Part shown: positions 19,464 through 29,143 of the stretch, piece by piece
Numbering within the stretch: the first letter of the stretch is position 1
Layout: every line of letters starts with the position of its first letter
The notes under the pieces: model-generated
The model's input: the letters and a program-made list of their open reading frames with translations, nothing else
What the model was told of the DNA's origin: nothing
The model's database searches: none
Source: an uncultured delta proteobacterium
Lineage (GTDB): Bacteria > Desulfobacterota > Binatia > UBA9968
Assembly: GCA_963745835.1 (NCBI GenBank)
Contig: CAVUZH010000008.1
Span: forward strand, 128,001 to 192,000
Direction: 5' to 3'
Length of the DNA stretch: 64,000 bases
Made by a program: the position numbers and the translations under genes

Positions 19464-20111
19464 ATGGATCCCAAGAATCTACTTGAAGTCATCCGGACAC
19501 GGCGCAGCGTCCGCGTTTACAAAAGGGGGAAAGTCACTGACCAGCAGCTCGAGACGATCTTGGAAGCAGCTCGTTGGGCGCCTTCCGGCGCCAACACTCA
19601 ACCCTGGGAGTTGGTGGTGACTCGGGACCGCGAGAAAATGAGACGTATCCGGCAGATCTATGACAATGAATGGCGGGAGAGAAAACGCGAAGATCCGATC
19701 AACTACAAAGGCTTGAAGAAGGACTACGTCGGCGATGTCAGTGTCATTGTCCTGGTCTGTGGCGACGCCAGGACCAAACAAGTTTATCTGACGACGCGGC
19801 AACCGGCAGACCGCGAGAAGCTCTTTCAGGCCAGCATCGCCAATGCGGTGCAGCAGATGATGCTCGCCGCCGCGAGTATGAATTTGGGCACCGTTTGGGT
19901 TTCCGTGCGCGAGGAAGTTGAGCCCGAACTCAGAGAGTTGTTCAAAGTTCCAACGACCCTGCGCCTTCTCTGGGTCGTGCCCATAGGGCATGCGCGCAGT
20001 TGGCCCGCCGCAAAGCCGAGGCGCAATCCCGCCGCATTCACTCATCTGGAAGTTTACGATTCGCGGAAGCTAAGGAAGGAATCCGAAATCCGAGCTTGGC
20101 CCAAGAGCTAG
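19464..20111 (+). CDS. nitroreductase family protein
   Basis: TRRSVRVY, ARWAPSGANTQPWE, MMLAAASMNLGTVW. Confidence 0.9.
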   Translation: MDPKNLLEVIRTRRSVRVYKRGKVTDQQLETILEAARWAPSGANTQPWELVVTRDREKMRRIRQIYDNEWRERKREDPINYKGLKKDYVGDVSVIVLVCGDARTKQVYLTTRQPADREKLFQASIANAVQQMMLAAASMNLGTVWVSVREEVEPELRELFKVPTTLRLLWVVPIGHARSWPAAKPRRNPAAFTHLEVYDSRKLRKESEIRAWPKS

Positions 20112-20113
20112 AC

Positions 20114-21625
20114 TCAGGTTGTGGAGATTTCGTATTGCTGGTGGCCCAATTCCTCGCTCACTTTGATGATGATTTTGTGATTGATTTCCCGCTCCAGCGC
20201 CTCTAGGCTGTTGGCCTTCTCATCATAAAGAAAATTGGCCACGCTTGGATGAAGCCGCAGCACGATGTTCTTGCCATTTTCCAAGCTCGTCTGCTGTTTC
20301 TTGACTGCGCGCAAAATATCGTAGGCGACGGTGACAGACGACTTGATGCGGCCCCGGCCATCACAATGGGGACAGGGACTTAGCAGTTGATTTTCCAAAC
20401 TCTCGCGGGTTCTTTGCCGGGTCATCTCGACTAAACCCAGCTCTGAAATCTTCAGGATGTTGGTGCGGGCTTTATCTTTCTTGAGCGCGTTCTTGAGCGC
20501 TTCATAGACCTTCTTGCGGTTTCCTTCTTTCTCCATGTCAATGAAATCGATGATGATGATTCCGCCGAGATTTCTTAACCTAAGTTGGCGCACCACCTCC
20601 GAGGTGGCTTCCATGTTGGTCTTGAGAATGGTCTCTTCTTGATCTCTTTTGCCGACGAAGCGTCCGGTATTGACATCAATAGCGGTGAGCGCCTCGGTCC
20701 TCTCGATGATGATGTAACCGCCCGAACGTAGCCAGACGCGCCGGTCCAGAGCCTTCTCGATCTTCTCTTCAATACCGTGTCGGTCAAAAAGCGCCTCTTT
20801 GTCAGAATATAACACGAGCTTGGATTTGAGCCGGGGCATGAAATGGCCGACGAAATCGGCGATGCGGCGGTGGTCTTTGGCCGAATCGATGACCACATGT
20901 TCGGTATCGGTAGTGAAGAAATCCCGTATCGTGCGCGTAATCAAGTCGAGATCCTGGTGAATCAATGCAGGCGCCGGGGCCTTGTCAGCTTTCTCCTGAA
21001 TTCGTTTCCAGAGCTTGGTGAGAAACCTGAGATCTCGGTGGATTTCCCGTTTGCTTTGTCCTTCTGAAGCCGTTCGGAGGATGAAACCGCCTTCGGTTGT
21101 ACCTAGGGATTGGGCAATCTCCTTAAGGCGTTTGCGTTCCTCTTCGCTCTCGATCCGCCTGGAAATGCCGATGTGCTTGGTGCTCGGCATAAAGACCATA
21201 TAACGGCCCGGAAGCGATACATGCGAGGTTATCCGAGCGCCTTTTGTGCCTAGTGGGTCCTTGGCAACTTGGACTAAAATTTCTTCACCCCGTGAAACCT
21301 GTTTCTCGAGCGGCAGCCGCCGGTTAGGCGCGGGTTTAGGGACGTCATCGAACTCGACGTCGTCTCCGGACGGCGAGATCAGTTGCACATCTTCGGGAAC
21401 ACTAAAGAAGTCCGATGCATGTAAAAAGGCCGCTTTGTCCATGCCGATATCGACGAACGCGGCCTGCATGCCGGGCAAAACCCGTTCGACCTTGCCCTTG
21501 TAAATGTTGCCTGCGATGCCTCGCTCCTCTTTGCGTTCAATCAAAAATTCGGCGAGAACGCCGTCTTCCATGATCGCGATGCGGCTCTCCTGGGGAGACG
21601 AGTTGATGAAAATTTCTTGCTTCAT
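20114..21625 (-). CDS. rng: ribonuclease G (Rne/Rng family)
   Basis: GNIYKGKVERVLPGMQAAFVDIG, QVAKDPLGTKGARIT, TEALTAIDVNTG, RLRNLGGIIIIDFIDM, CPHCDG; start placed at MKQEIFIN. Confidence 0.93.
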   Translation of the reverse strand: MKQEIFINSSPQESRIAIMEDGVLAEFLIERKEERGIAGNIYKGKVERVLPGMQAAFVDIGMDKAAFLHASDFFSVPEDVQLISPSGDDVEFDDVPKPAPNRRLPLEKQVSRGEEILVQVAKDPLGTKGARITSHVSLPGRYMVFMPSTKHIGISRRIESEEERKRLKEIAQSLGTTEGGFILRTASEGQSKREIHRDLRFLTKLWKRIQEKADKAPAPALIHQDLDLITRTIRDFFTTDTEHVVIDSAKDHRRIADFVGHFMPRLKSKLVLYSDKEALFDRHGIEEKIEKALDRRVWLRSGGYIIIERTEALTAIDVNTGRFVGKRDQEETILKTNMEATSEVVRQLRLRNLGGIIIIDFIDMEKEGNRKKVYEALKNALKKDKARTNILKISELGLVEMTRQRTRESLENQLLSPCPHCDGRGRIKSSVTVAYDILRAVKKQQTSLENGKNIVLRLHPSVANFLYDEKANSLEALEREINHKIIIKVSEELGHQQYEISTT

Positions 21626-21859
21626 AGATACCTTATAGAAGTCGACGGGATGTACGGAAGAGGCGGGAAATGCGGGAACGGAGTGCCGTTCGGCATCGAA
21701 AGTCCCAACAGTCATCGGGGGCGGCTGGTGTCTTTATAGAGGAAATCAGTTGCGACTTCAAGCAGCATCGCGAATTTGCGCTCGTTTGACATTGACTGAC
21801 CTGACCCGTATTTTAGCTGTAATCGCGGACTGTAATCGTCGAGCCATGCCAAAGCTTTA

Positions 21860-22492
21860 ATGAACTATTCCGCTACTATCCCGGTTTATTCCGTACTCAA
21901 CACCAAGGTACTGATTCTCAATCGTTCCTATTTACCGATCCATGTTACTTCCGTGCGCCGCGCCTTTACCCTCCTTTACCAGGGGATCGCCAAGGCGGTT
22001 AATGAACAATACCAAACTTTCGATTTTGAGAGCTGGAGCGACCTGTCGGTCACTGTGCACGACGAATCGGTGGGCATGGTCAATCGGGTAATCCGGGTCC
22101 CGCGGGTGATTCTGCTCGTCAGTTATGACCGCATGCCCAAGCGTCAGGTTCGCTTTAGTCGCTATAATATTTATGCCCGCGATAAGTGCACTTGCCAGTA
22201 TTGCGGCCACAGACGGCCGCGGCACGAACTCAACCTGGATCACGTCATACCCCGGACGCAAGGGGGCACATCCACATGGGAAAATGTCGTCTGTTCATGC
22301 CAGGACTGTAATCGATTGAAGGGCGGCTGTACCCCGCAACAGGCGGGTATGACATTGGCGCGCCGGCCGGTGAGACCCCAGTGGACCCCTTTTATGCAGG
22401 AAACCTTCAGTCTTTCTCGTTATAAGGAATGGCTACCTTTCTTGAACACCGTCGACGCATCCTACTGGAACACTGAGCTGCTCGAGAAATAG
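21860..22492 (+). CDS. HNH endonuclease (McrA-like)
   Basis: VLILNRSY, RDKCTCQYCG, LDHVIPRTQGG, WENVVCSCQDCNRLKG. Confidence 0.92.
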   Translation: MNYSATIPVYSVLNTKVLILNRSYLPIHVTSVRRAFTLLYQGIAKAVNEQYQTFDFESWSDLSVTVHDESVGMVNRVIRVPRVILLVSYDRMPKRQVRFSRYNIYARDKCTCQYCGHRRPRHELNLDHVIPRTQGGTSTWENVVCSCQDCNRLKGGCTPQQAGMTLARRPVRPQWTPFMQETFSLSRYKEWLPFLNTVDASYWNTELLEK

Positions 22493-22512
22493 GCGCCTCC
22501 GCTTCTCCTATA

Positions 22513-22560
22513 ATCCTATATATAGTAGCGAATGGCGCCTTTAGCCACTTTATATGGTCA
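22513..22560. promoter_or_regulatory. tandem NrdR-like boxes upstream of smc
   Basis: atcCtAtATaTaGtag (22513-22528) and ccaCtttATaTgGtca (22545-22560), 32 bp start-to-start; fit acaCwAtATaTwGtg. Confidence 0.65.
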
Positions 22561-22566
22561 ATTTTC

Positions 22567-22596
22567 TTGACAGTTATCCGCCTCATGGACTATATT
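22567..22596 (+). promoter_or_regulatory. sigma70 promoter of smc-ftsY
   Basis: TTGACA-18 bp-TATATT. Confidence 0.6.
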
Positions 22597-22653
22597 GCCA
22601 AACAATCCATTGATTCACTCCGTCGTTTCGTAAGTGTCTGACATTAAACGATT

Positions 22654-25600
22654 ATGCGCCTAAAACGCCTTGAGATGGTGGGCTTTAAATCGTTCGCCGA
22701 TAAAACATTGGTGGAACTCAACCCCGGAATTACCGCGATTGTTGGTCCGAATGGCTGCGGGAAATCGAATATAGTCGACGCTTTGCGCTGGGCCATGGGC
22801 GAGCAAAGCGCGCGTCACCTGCGCGGCCAACAAATGGAAGATGTGGTCTTCGCAGGCAGCGACAGCCTGTCCGCAACGGGAATGGCCGAAGTCTCGCTGA
22901 CCTTCGACAATGAAGATGCGCGCGGCCCCGTTGAATACAGCAGCTTCAGCGAAATTATGGTGACCCGGCGTCTCTTCCGCTCCGGGGAATCTGAATACGC
23001 AATCAACAAGACCCCATGCCGCCTTAAAGACGTTACTGAACTATTTCTAGGCACCGGGGTCGGCAGCAAGGCATATTCAATCGTCGAGCAAGGCCGAGTC
23101 GATGAGCTAGTCAATTCAAAACCCGAAGAACGTAGAGTTCTGATCGAAGAGGCAGCCGGCACCAGTAAATACAAAAGCCGCAAGCTAGTAGCCGAGCGAA
23201 AACTCGAGCGCACACAACAGAACCTGTTTCGAGTTACTGACATCGTTCGGGAGATTGAACGACAGATCCGCACCATGGAGTTGCAGGCCAGGAAGGCAGA
23301 GCGCTACAAGGCTCTTAAAGCGGAACTTCGAGAAAAGGATCTGCTATGCGCAAGTCTGCATCGGCAGTCTCTGAACCAGGAAATCGCCACCCAGCAAGGC
23401 TATCTCGCTGATGCGGAGAATCGCCTGGCTGAATATTTGAACAGTTTGCACGGCAAAGAATCCGAGAGCGAAGCGGTCCGCTTTTCCCTGATGGAGCTGG
23501 AGAAAGAACTCAGTTTACAACAGGAGAATGTCTACCAGGCAAAGATGCAGCTTCAATCGGAAGAGCAGCGCATCGACGTCTTCAAAAAGGATTTGTCGCA
23601 ACTAAACGAGAATGAAGCCGAAACCCTGACCGCGTTAGCGCAGCTCGATGACAAGCTCAAAACGCTCGCCCGGGAGATCGAAGAACTCAACAAAGCCAAA
23701 GAAGGCTTCATCCAGTTGTCGCTTTTTGAGGAGAGTTTTTTGCGCGAAAACGAAGCCGAGCTGGAAAAACTCCAGGCCGAGATCCAGGCTCTGCAGTCTG
23801 ACCTTGAGAGCGAAAAAGCGGCGCTCATCGACATCGCCAACCATCTTGTTTATCTGAAGAATGATCTGACTGCTAAGGAACGGCGGCGCGATGAAACCGA
23901 CCGCGCTCTGGAGCGAAGCCGGGAGGAGCACTCGGCCGCGGCCACCTCTTTGGAGCTAATCGAAAGCAAAAGAAATGAAGCCGAACGCGCTCTAGAGGCG
24001 TCTCTGGAACAATCCGGAGAGCGGAACGTTGAGTATACCCAAGTCGTCGCCCTGATCCAAAGCCTAACCCGAAGCAAAGACGAGCAGGAAAAAAAGATCG
24101 AAACTCTCAAGGAACGGATTCAAGAAAGCCGCTCTCGGTTATTATCTCTCGAAGATTTACAAAAAAACTATGAAGGTTACCAAGAGGGCGTCCGGGCCAT
24201 CATGTTAAAGCGGCAAGAGGAAGCCGCTGCCGAGGGCGTCTACGGTTTGGTAACCGAAGTGATTGAGGCTCCCGTTATCTACGAAAAAGCGTTAACTGCG
24301 GTTTTGGGAGACCGGCTGCAGTACATGATTGTTAAAGGCCATGACGAAGGCATCGAGGCCATTGAATTCCTAAAGGAAAAGGCCTCCGGGAGAGGCAGCT
24401 TTATTCCGGTCCAGATGACGCGCAAGTGTGATCGTCCGTTACCCGTGGGGGAGGCGGAGGTGGTCGCCCCATTGCTGGAATTAATCTCGGTCAAAGAAGG
24501 TTATCGAGATGTCGCCGAATATCTCCTATCAGATGTCGTTGTTGTGCAGGATCTGAGATCCGGTTTGGCCTTATGGCATCGCAATGGTTATTACAGCACT
24601 CTGGTGACTCCCGAAGGAGAGGTCATCGACCCCATGGGAGTGGTCACCGGAGGCAGCGAAGACTCGCTGGAAGGCAGCTTCTTAAGCCAGCGCCGGCGCA
24701 TGAAAGAGCTTGGGCTTCTGCTTACTGAGCTTGAAAGTGAGATGCAAGTCGAAGAGCGGGAGCTCCTTGAACTTAAAACTAATCTACAACAAGCCGAAGC
24801 TAAAAAGACGCTCTTAGGGAGTGAAATTCATCGTCTCGAATTGGAGCGGGTGCGCAACGAGCACGAACATCGTTCGACTCAACAAGATTCGCAACGGCTC
24901 AGACAAACCATTGACGTGCTGCTTCAAGAGCAACGTGATTTAAACGCGACCTTGGAAGATCTGATAGACGAAATCAAAGAAGATAATGCGGTTCGCGAAA
25001 AACGGGCGATTGAAAAGGCCGAACGGGAGGAGAAGCTCGCCGAAATCCAAGCTGGATTCCTGGAACGCAAGAAGTCATTGGAGTCCGTCGAAGCCGCGGT
25101 GACACAGTCGCGGATTCGCGCTGCCGCTTTAGGCGAAAAACGCGAAAATACTCATGTGAATCTTGATAACCGGATCAAGCTTCAGGAGGAAGCCGGCGAG
25201 CAAATTGGTAGCCGCCGCGGACAAATTGCCGATATCGAGCGGCGAAGAGGCGAAATCCAAAATGCGCTTACGCAAATGGAAGAAACAGTGGCCTCGAGCC
25301 GCGCGACGGTGCAGCAGCTAGAGGAAAAGCTGCAGAACGAGCGCCAGAGATATCGAGAAATTTCGAAACAGCTGACGGAGATTGACGAGTTGATAAAAGA
25401 GCTGCGACCTCGCGCCGAAACGTGTCAGGAGGAAAAGAACCGGCTTCAGGTGACACTTACCGAGAAGCGGCTCAATCTGCAGCATCTTGCCGATGGCGTG
25501 CGCGATAAGTACGGCGTCGATCTCGGATCGGTAGAAGCCCCGGATGGCGGCGCGGCCGCGTCAAATGAGCTGATGATCGAAATCGAAGAGCTGCGCGCGC

Positions 25601-26205
25601 GCATCGAACGTATGGGCGACGTTAACATGGCGGCTATCGGGGAGTACGAAGAACTGACTACGCGCTTCCAGTTCATGAACCGGCAAAAAGAAGATCTGGA
25701 GAAATCGATCGCCGATCTTCAGCAAACAATTGTTAAGCTCAACCGTGTCTGTCGCGTTCGTTTCAAGGAGAGCTTCGAAGAGATCAACCAGAAGTTTCAA
25801 TCGATTTTTCCGCGCATGTTCCGCGGCGGCAAAGCCAGGCTGGTGTTGACCGATGAAAATGACTATCTTGAAACAGGCGTGGACATCGTGGTTCAACCGC
25901 CCGGGAAAAAACTGCAATCGATCACACTGCTCTCCGGCGGTGAGAAAGCGTTGACGGCCGTCAGCTTGCTGTTTGCGATTTTTCTTACAAAACCAAGTCC
26001 ATTTTGCTTCCTTGACGAAGTCGACGCTCCCCTCGACGACGCCAACGTTGATCGTTTTAATGAGCTGATTAAAGAAATGAGCGAATTTTCACAGTTTGTG
26101 CTGATCACACACAACAAAAAGACCATGCAAGCCGCCGAGGTTCTCTATGGGATTACCATGGCAGAGCCCGGGATATCTAAAGTGGTTTCAGTAAGGATGA
26201 GCTAA
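22654..26205 (+). CDS. smc: chromosome segregation protein SMC
   Basis: GFKSFAD, GPNGCGKSN Walker A, long coiled coils, hinge, LSGGE, LDEVDAPLD, ITHNK; 1183 aa. Confidence 0.97.
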   Translation: MRLKRLEMVGFKSFADKTLVELNPGITAIVGPNGCGKSNIVDALRWAMGEQSARHLRGQQMEDVVFAGSDSLSATGMAEVSLTFDNEDARGPVEYSSFSEIMVTRRLFRSGESEYAINKTPCRLKDVTELFLGTGVGSKAYSIVEQGRVDELVNSKPEERRVLIEEAAGTSKYKSRKLVAERKLERTQQNLFRVTDIVREIERQIRTMELQARKAERYKALKAELREKDLLCASLHRQSLNQEIATQQGYLADAENRLAEYLNSLHGKESESEAVRFSLMELEKELSLQQENVYQAKMQLQSEEQRIDVFKKDLSQLNENEAETLTALAQLDDKLKTLAREIEELNKAKEGFIQLSLFEESFLRENEAELEKLQAEIQALQSDLESEKAALIDIANHLVYLKNDLTAKERRRDETDRALERSREEHSAAATSLELIESKRNEAERALEASLEQSGERNVEYTQVVALIQSLTRSKDEQEKKIETLKERIQESRSRLLSLEDLQKNYEGYQEGVRAIMLKRQEEAAAEGVYGLVTEVIEAPVIYEKALTAVLGDRLQYMIVKGHDEGIEAIEFLKEKASGRGSFIPVQMTRKCDRPLPVGEAEVVAPLLELISVKEGYRDVAEYLLSDVVVVQDLRSGLALWHRNGYYSTLVTPEGEVIDPMGVVTGGSEDSLEGSFLSQRRRMKELGLLLTELESEMQVEERELLELKTNLQQAEAKKTLLGSEIHRLELERVRNEHEHRSTQQDSQRLRQTIDVLLQEQRDLNATLEDLIDEIKEDNAVREKRAIEKAEREEKLAEIQAGFLERKKSLESVEAAVTQSRIRAAALGEKRENTHVNLDNRIKLQEEAGEQIGSRRGQIADIERRRGEIQNALTQMEETVASSRATVQQLEEKLQNERQRYREISKQLTEIDELIKELRPRAETCQEEKNRLQVTLTEKRLNLQHLADGVRDKYGVDLGSVEAPDGGAAASNELMIEIEELRARIERMGDVNMAAIGEYEELTTRFQFMNRQKEDLEKSIADLQQTIVKLNRVCRVRFKESFEEINQKFQSIFPRMFRGGKARLVLTDENDYLETGVDIVVQPPGKKLQSITLLSGGEKALTAVSLLFAIFLTKPSPFCFLDEVDAPLDDANVDRFNELIKEMSEFSQFVLITHNKKTMQAAEVLYGITMAEPGISKVVSVRMS

Positions 26206-26276
26206 CAGCGAACTCTGCGCGTCACCGGCATCGACTGCTGTCCTCTCCCCCTCGCAAGCGCCCCAAGGATTCAGAA

Positions 26277-27201
26277 GTGGCAGGTTCTTTCTTTCAACGA
26301 TTAAAGGACGGACTTACCAAGAGCCGGGAAACCTGGGTCCAAAAAATAGGATTCATCTTTCAGAATCGGGAATGGGATGAGCAATCGCTCGAGGAGATGG
26401 AAGAGAATCTGCTTACTGCTGATCTTGGGGTTAAAGCAACGCAGAAGTTGATGGAGACGTTGCGAGGGCTGACCCCTAGCGGCAGCGAGGATCTGGCGCG
26501 GGACATGTCATCACAATTGCAGCAGGCCATGGTAAAGCTGCTGCAAGACTCTGCCGCAGCATCACGAGTGGAAGCATTGTCTGTGCGGCCTTGGGTGGTG
26601 CTGTTTCTCGGGGTCAATGGCGTGGGCAAAACCACCACCATCGGAAAGCTCGCTGCTCAATACAAGGCCGACGGCAAGAAGGTTCTCCTAGTCGCGGGCG
26701 ACACGTTTCGCGCGGCGGCCGTCGAACAACTCGAAGCCTGGGGCCGCCGAGCCGGTGCGGAGATTGATTAAACACCGAGCCGGTGCCGATCCGTCCGCGG
26801 TCGTCTACGATGGGATGCAGGCTGCAAAGAGCAGAGGTATCGACGTACTCCTCATCGATACCGCCGGCCGTCTTCATACCAAGGTGCATCTGGTGGAGGA
26901 ATTAAAAAAGATTCGGCGGGTGATCGCACGCGAACAGCCGGGGGCGCCGCATGAAACACTCCTGGTGCTCGATGCTACCACCGGCCAAAATGGTCTCCAG
27001 CAGGCGAAAATCTTCAAAGAAGCCACGGACATTGACGGCATTGTTTTGACCAAACTGGACGGAACGGCCAAAGGCGGAGTCATCATTAGCATTCAGGAGG
27101 AGCTTGGGGTTTCGGTGCGCTACATCGGGGTAGGCGAAGACGTGGAAGACCTGCAGCCATTTGAGGCTGAGCGCTTCGTCGAGGCGCTCTTCGAGAGATA
27201 A
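26277..27201 (+). CDS. ftsY: signal recognition particle receptor FtsY; frameshift near 26762, probably a sequencing error
   Basis: GVNGVGKTTTIGKLA, DTFRAAA / DTAGRLH, DATTGQN, TKLDGTAKGG split over two frames. Confidence 0.92.
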
Positions 27202-27229
27202 AGCACGCGTTGGCTGAGTGGTTGTCGAC

Positions 27230-27258
27230 TTGACATCAGGCGAGGTCGTCGTTACGAT
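27230..27258 (+). promoter_or_regulatory. sigma70 promoter
   Basis: TTGACA-17 bp-TACGAT upstream of the iscA-like gene. Confidence 0.6.
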
Positions 27259-27283
27259 TTAGGCTCTGGGTTTTGAGGCTAAA

Positions 27284-27634
27284 ATGACGCAAACCATGGA
27301 AAGCGCGATTGATCTTAAGCTAACTGCCAAAGCTGTTGAGCAAGTAAAATCATTGCTTGCTCGTAGCGAATATATCGATCACGCATTGAGAATTTCGGTT
27401 TCTGATGGAGGTTGTTCCGGCTTTTCCTACCAGCTCAATTTTGAGAAACAACCAAAACCAAGCGACATCACTTTAGATTGCGCAAGCCTAACTGTTTACG
27501 TTGATCCTGAAAGTATCCCCTTCCTCCAAGGCACAGTTATAGACTTCGTCTCAGGACTCTATGGGGGCGGCTTTAAATTCGCCAACCCCAACGCAACCGG
27601 CACCTGCGGCTGCGGCACATCGTTTTCCGCGTGA
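27284..27634 (+). CDS. iron-sulfur cluster assembly accessory protein (IscA/ErpA/HesB family)
   Basis: GGCSGFSY and NPNATGTCGCGTSF. Confidence 0.93.
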   Translation: MTQTMESAIDLKLTAKAVEQVKSLLARSEYIDHALRISVSDGGCSGFSYQLNFEKQPKPSDITLDCASLTVYVDPESIPFLQGTVIDFVSGLYGGGFKFANPNATGTCGCGTSFSA

Positions 27635-28060
27635 CATAAGCGTTCGGCGAAGGCCCGATTCCAGCGACACTGCTATCAAACTCGGCCGTTGCTTTAATCA
27701 TTCAGATATCTCCTAACGGACAAGAAGCTGTTCGAGGGTTTGTGAAAGCAGTCTAGTTCTACGCCCATGGCATCATGGACCAGCTTTGCTAAAAAGCCAA
27801 TGGCGACCGCGATACTATGAGCGAGCCGTTATGCTAGATCTCCGCTCCTCTTCGTTAAAACCCAACGGTGTCTAGCTGCAGCGAATTCTTTAAGATTAGC
27901 CTTGCGCATGGTATTCGGCCGCGGTTCGCGCCAGGACAATGGTTGCCCGGCCCTTCGTGTTACAAACTTTGCCGTTCGCTTTGGCAAAATCATTCTTGTG
28001 CATGGAGATAAGTCACACGATGGCAAAGATAGATCGCCGAGAGAGAAGCGCTGATCCAGG

Positions 28061-28615
28061 ATGCGAGTCATAGGCGGAAACGCAAGAGGGAGGCGTCTGA
28101 AAGTACCGAAAGGACAAGCCGTGCGTCCAACATCGGACCGGGTGAAGGAATCGTTGTTTAATATCCTGCCCCACGATCTCTCCGGCATCAAGCTTTTGGA
28201 TCTCTTCTCGGGTACGGGAAACGTCAGCATCGAAGCCATCAGCCGCGGAGCTGCGGAAGCAATATTGATAGACTCGTCGGACAAATCTGGTAAGGTGATC
28301 CGCGAGAATCTCCGCAGATTAGGTTTCGCGGATCGTGCTAGTGTTCGGATTGCGCCGGTCTCCCGAGCCCTACGCTTGCTGGCACGGCGCGGGGAATCCT
28401 TTGATATGATTTTTCTCGACCCGCCCTACCAACGGAACTGGGTTCGAGCCTCCCTAGAGGCGATCGCGCGCGGAAACCTGTTGCGGGCCTCCGGAACATT
28501 GGTGGTGGAACACAGTGCCCGCGAACAACCCGGCGCGGAATATGGCTCGCTGATTTTGAAAGATCAGCGAAACTACGGCGACACTTGGCTCTCCTTCTTT
28601 GAACATAAAGCGTGA
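28061..28615 (+). CDS. rsmD: 16S rRNA m2G966 methyltransferase
   Basis: MRVIGG, RPTSDRVKESLFN, LDLFSGTG, DPPY; adjacent to coaD. Confidence 0.93.
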   Translation: MRVIGGNARGRRLKVPKGQAVRPTSDRVKESLFNILPHDLSGIKLLDLFSGTGNVSIEAISRGAAEAILIDSSDKSGKVIRENLRRLGFADRASVRIAPVSRALRLLARRGESFDMIFLDPPYQRNWVRASLEAIARGNLLRASGTLVVEHSAREQPGAEYGSLILKDQRNYGDTWLSFFEHKA

Positions 28616-28645
28616 AGGATCTCAGCTGATGGGGACACCTAGGAG

Positions 28646-29143
28646 ATGACACAAAACATTGCAATTTATCCTGGATCATTCGATCCGATCACCAACGGCC
28701 ACGTCGACCTCGTCAAACGCGCCTTGCGCGTCTTCGATAAAGTAGTAGTTGCCATCGCCACTAACGCCGGTAAGGATACTTCCCTTTTCTCGGTTGAAGA
28801 ACGTTTGGAGATGATCCGTGGAGTCTTCGAAAATCTAAAGGATCGCGTAGAGGCGGATTCTTTCCAAAAGCTGCTGGTGGATTATGCCGAACGCAAGCAA
28901 GCTCCGGTCATTATCCGAGGATTGCGAGCAGTATCGGATTTTGAATACGAGTTCCAGATGGCTATGATGAACCACCGACTCAAACCCAACGTCGAAACAT
29001 TCTTCATGATGACCGGCGAATCCGAGTTCTACATCAGCTCACGTCTGGTCAAGGAAGTCGTCAGTTTGGGTGGCAATGTCGAAGGATTAGTTCCCGATAA
29101 CGTTCTTAAGAATCTCAACCGGAAGTTCAGGCAGGAACAGTAG
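28646..29143 (+). CDS. coaD: pantetheine-phosphate adenylyltransferase
   Basis: YPGSFDPITNGH, RGLRAVSDFEYE, ISSRLVKEV. Confidence 0.97.
   Translation: MTQNIAIYPGSFDPITNGHVDLVKRALRVFDKVVVAIATNAGKDTSLFSVEERLEMIRGVFENLKDRVEADSFQKLLVDYAERKQAPVIIRGLRAVSDFEYEFQMAMMNHRLKPNVETFFMMTGESEFYISSRLVKEVVSLGGNVEGLVPDNVLKNLNRKFRQEQ

Noticed and set aside
21860-22492. HNH nuclease as an RNA-guided (IscB/Cas9-like) or defence system
   Set aside because: 210-aa widespread McrA-like type with no RuvC motifs, array or methylase adjacent
26755-26771. Programmed frameshifting in ftsY or ffh
   Set aside because: No slippery heptamer at the breaks, and similar breaks are scattered over unrelated genes
27635-28060. 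Possible small gene or ncRNA between iscA and rsmD
   Set aside because: No recognisable protein or RNA motif in the frames I read
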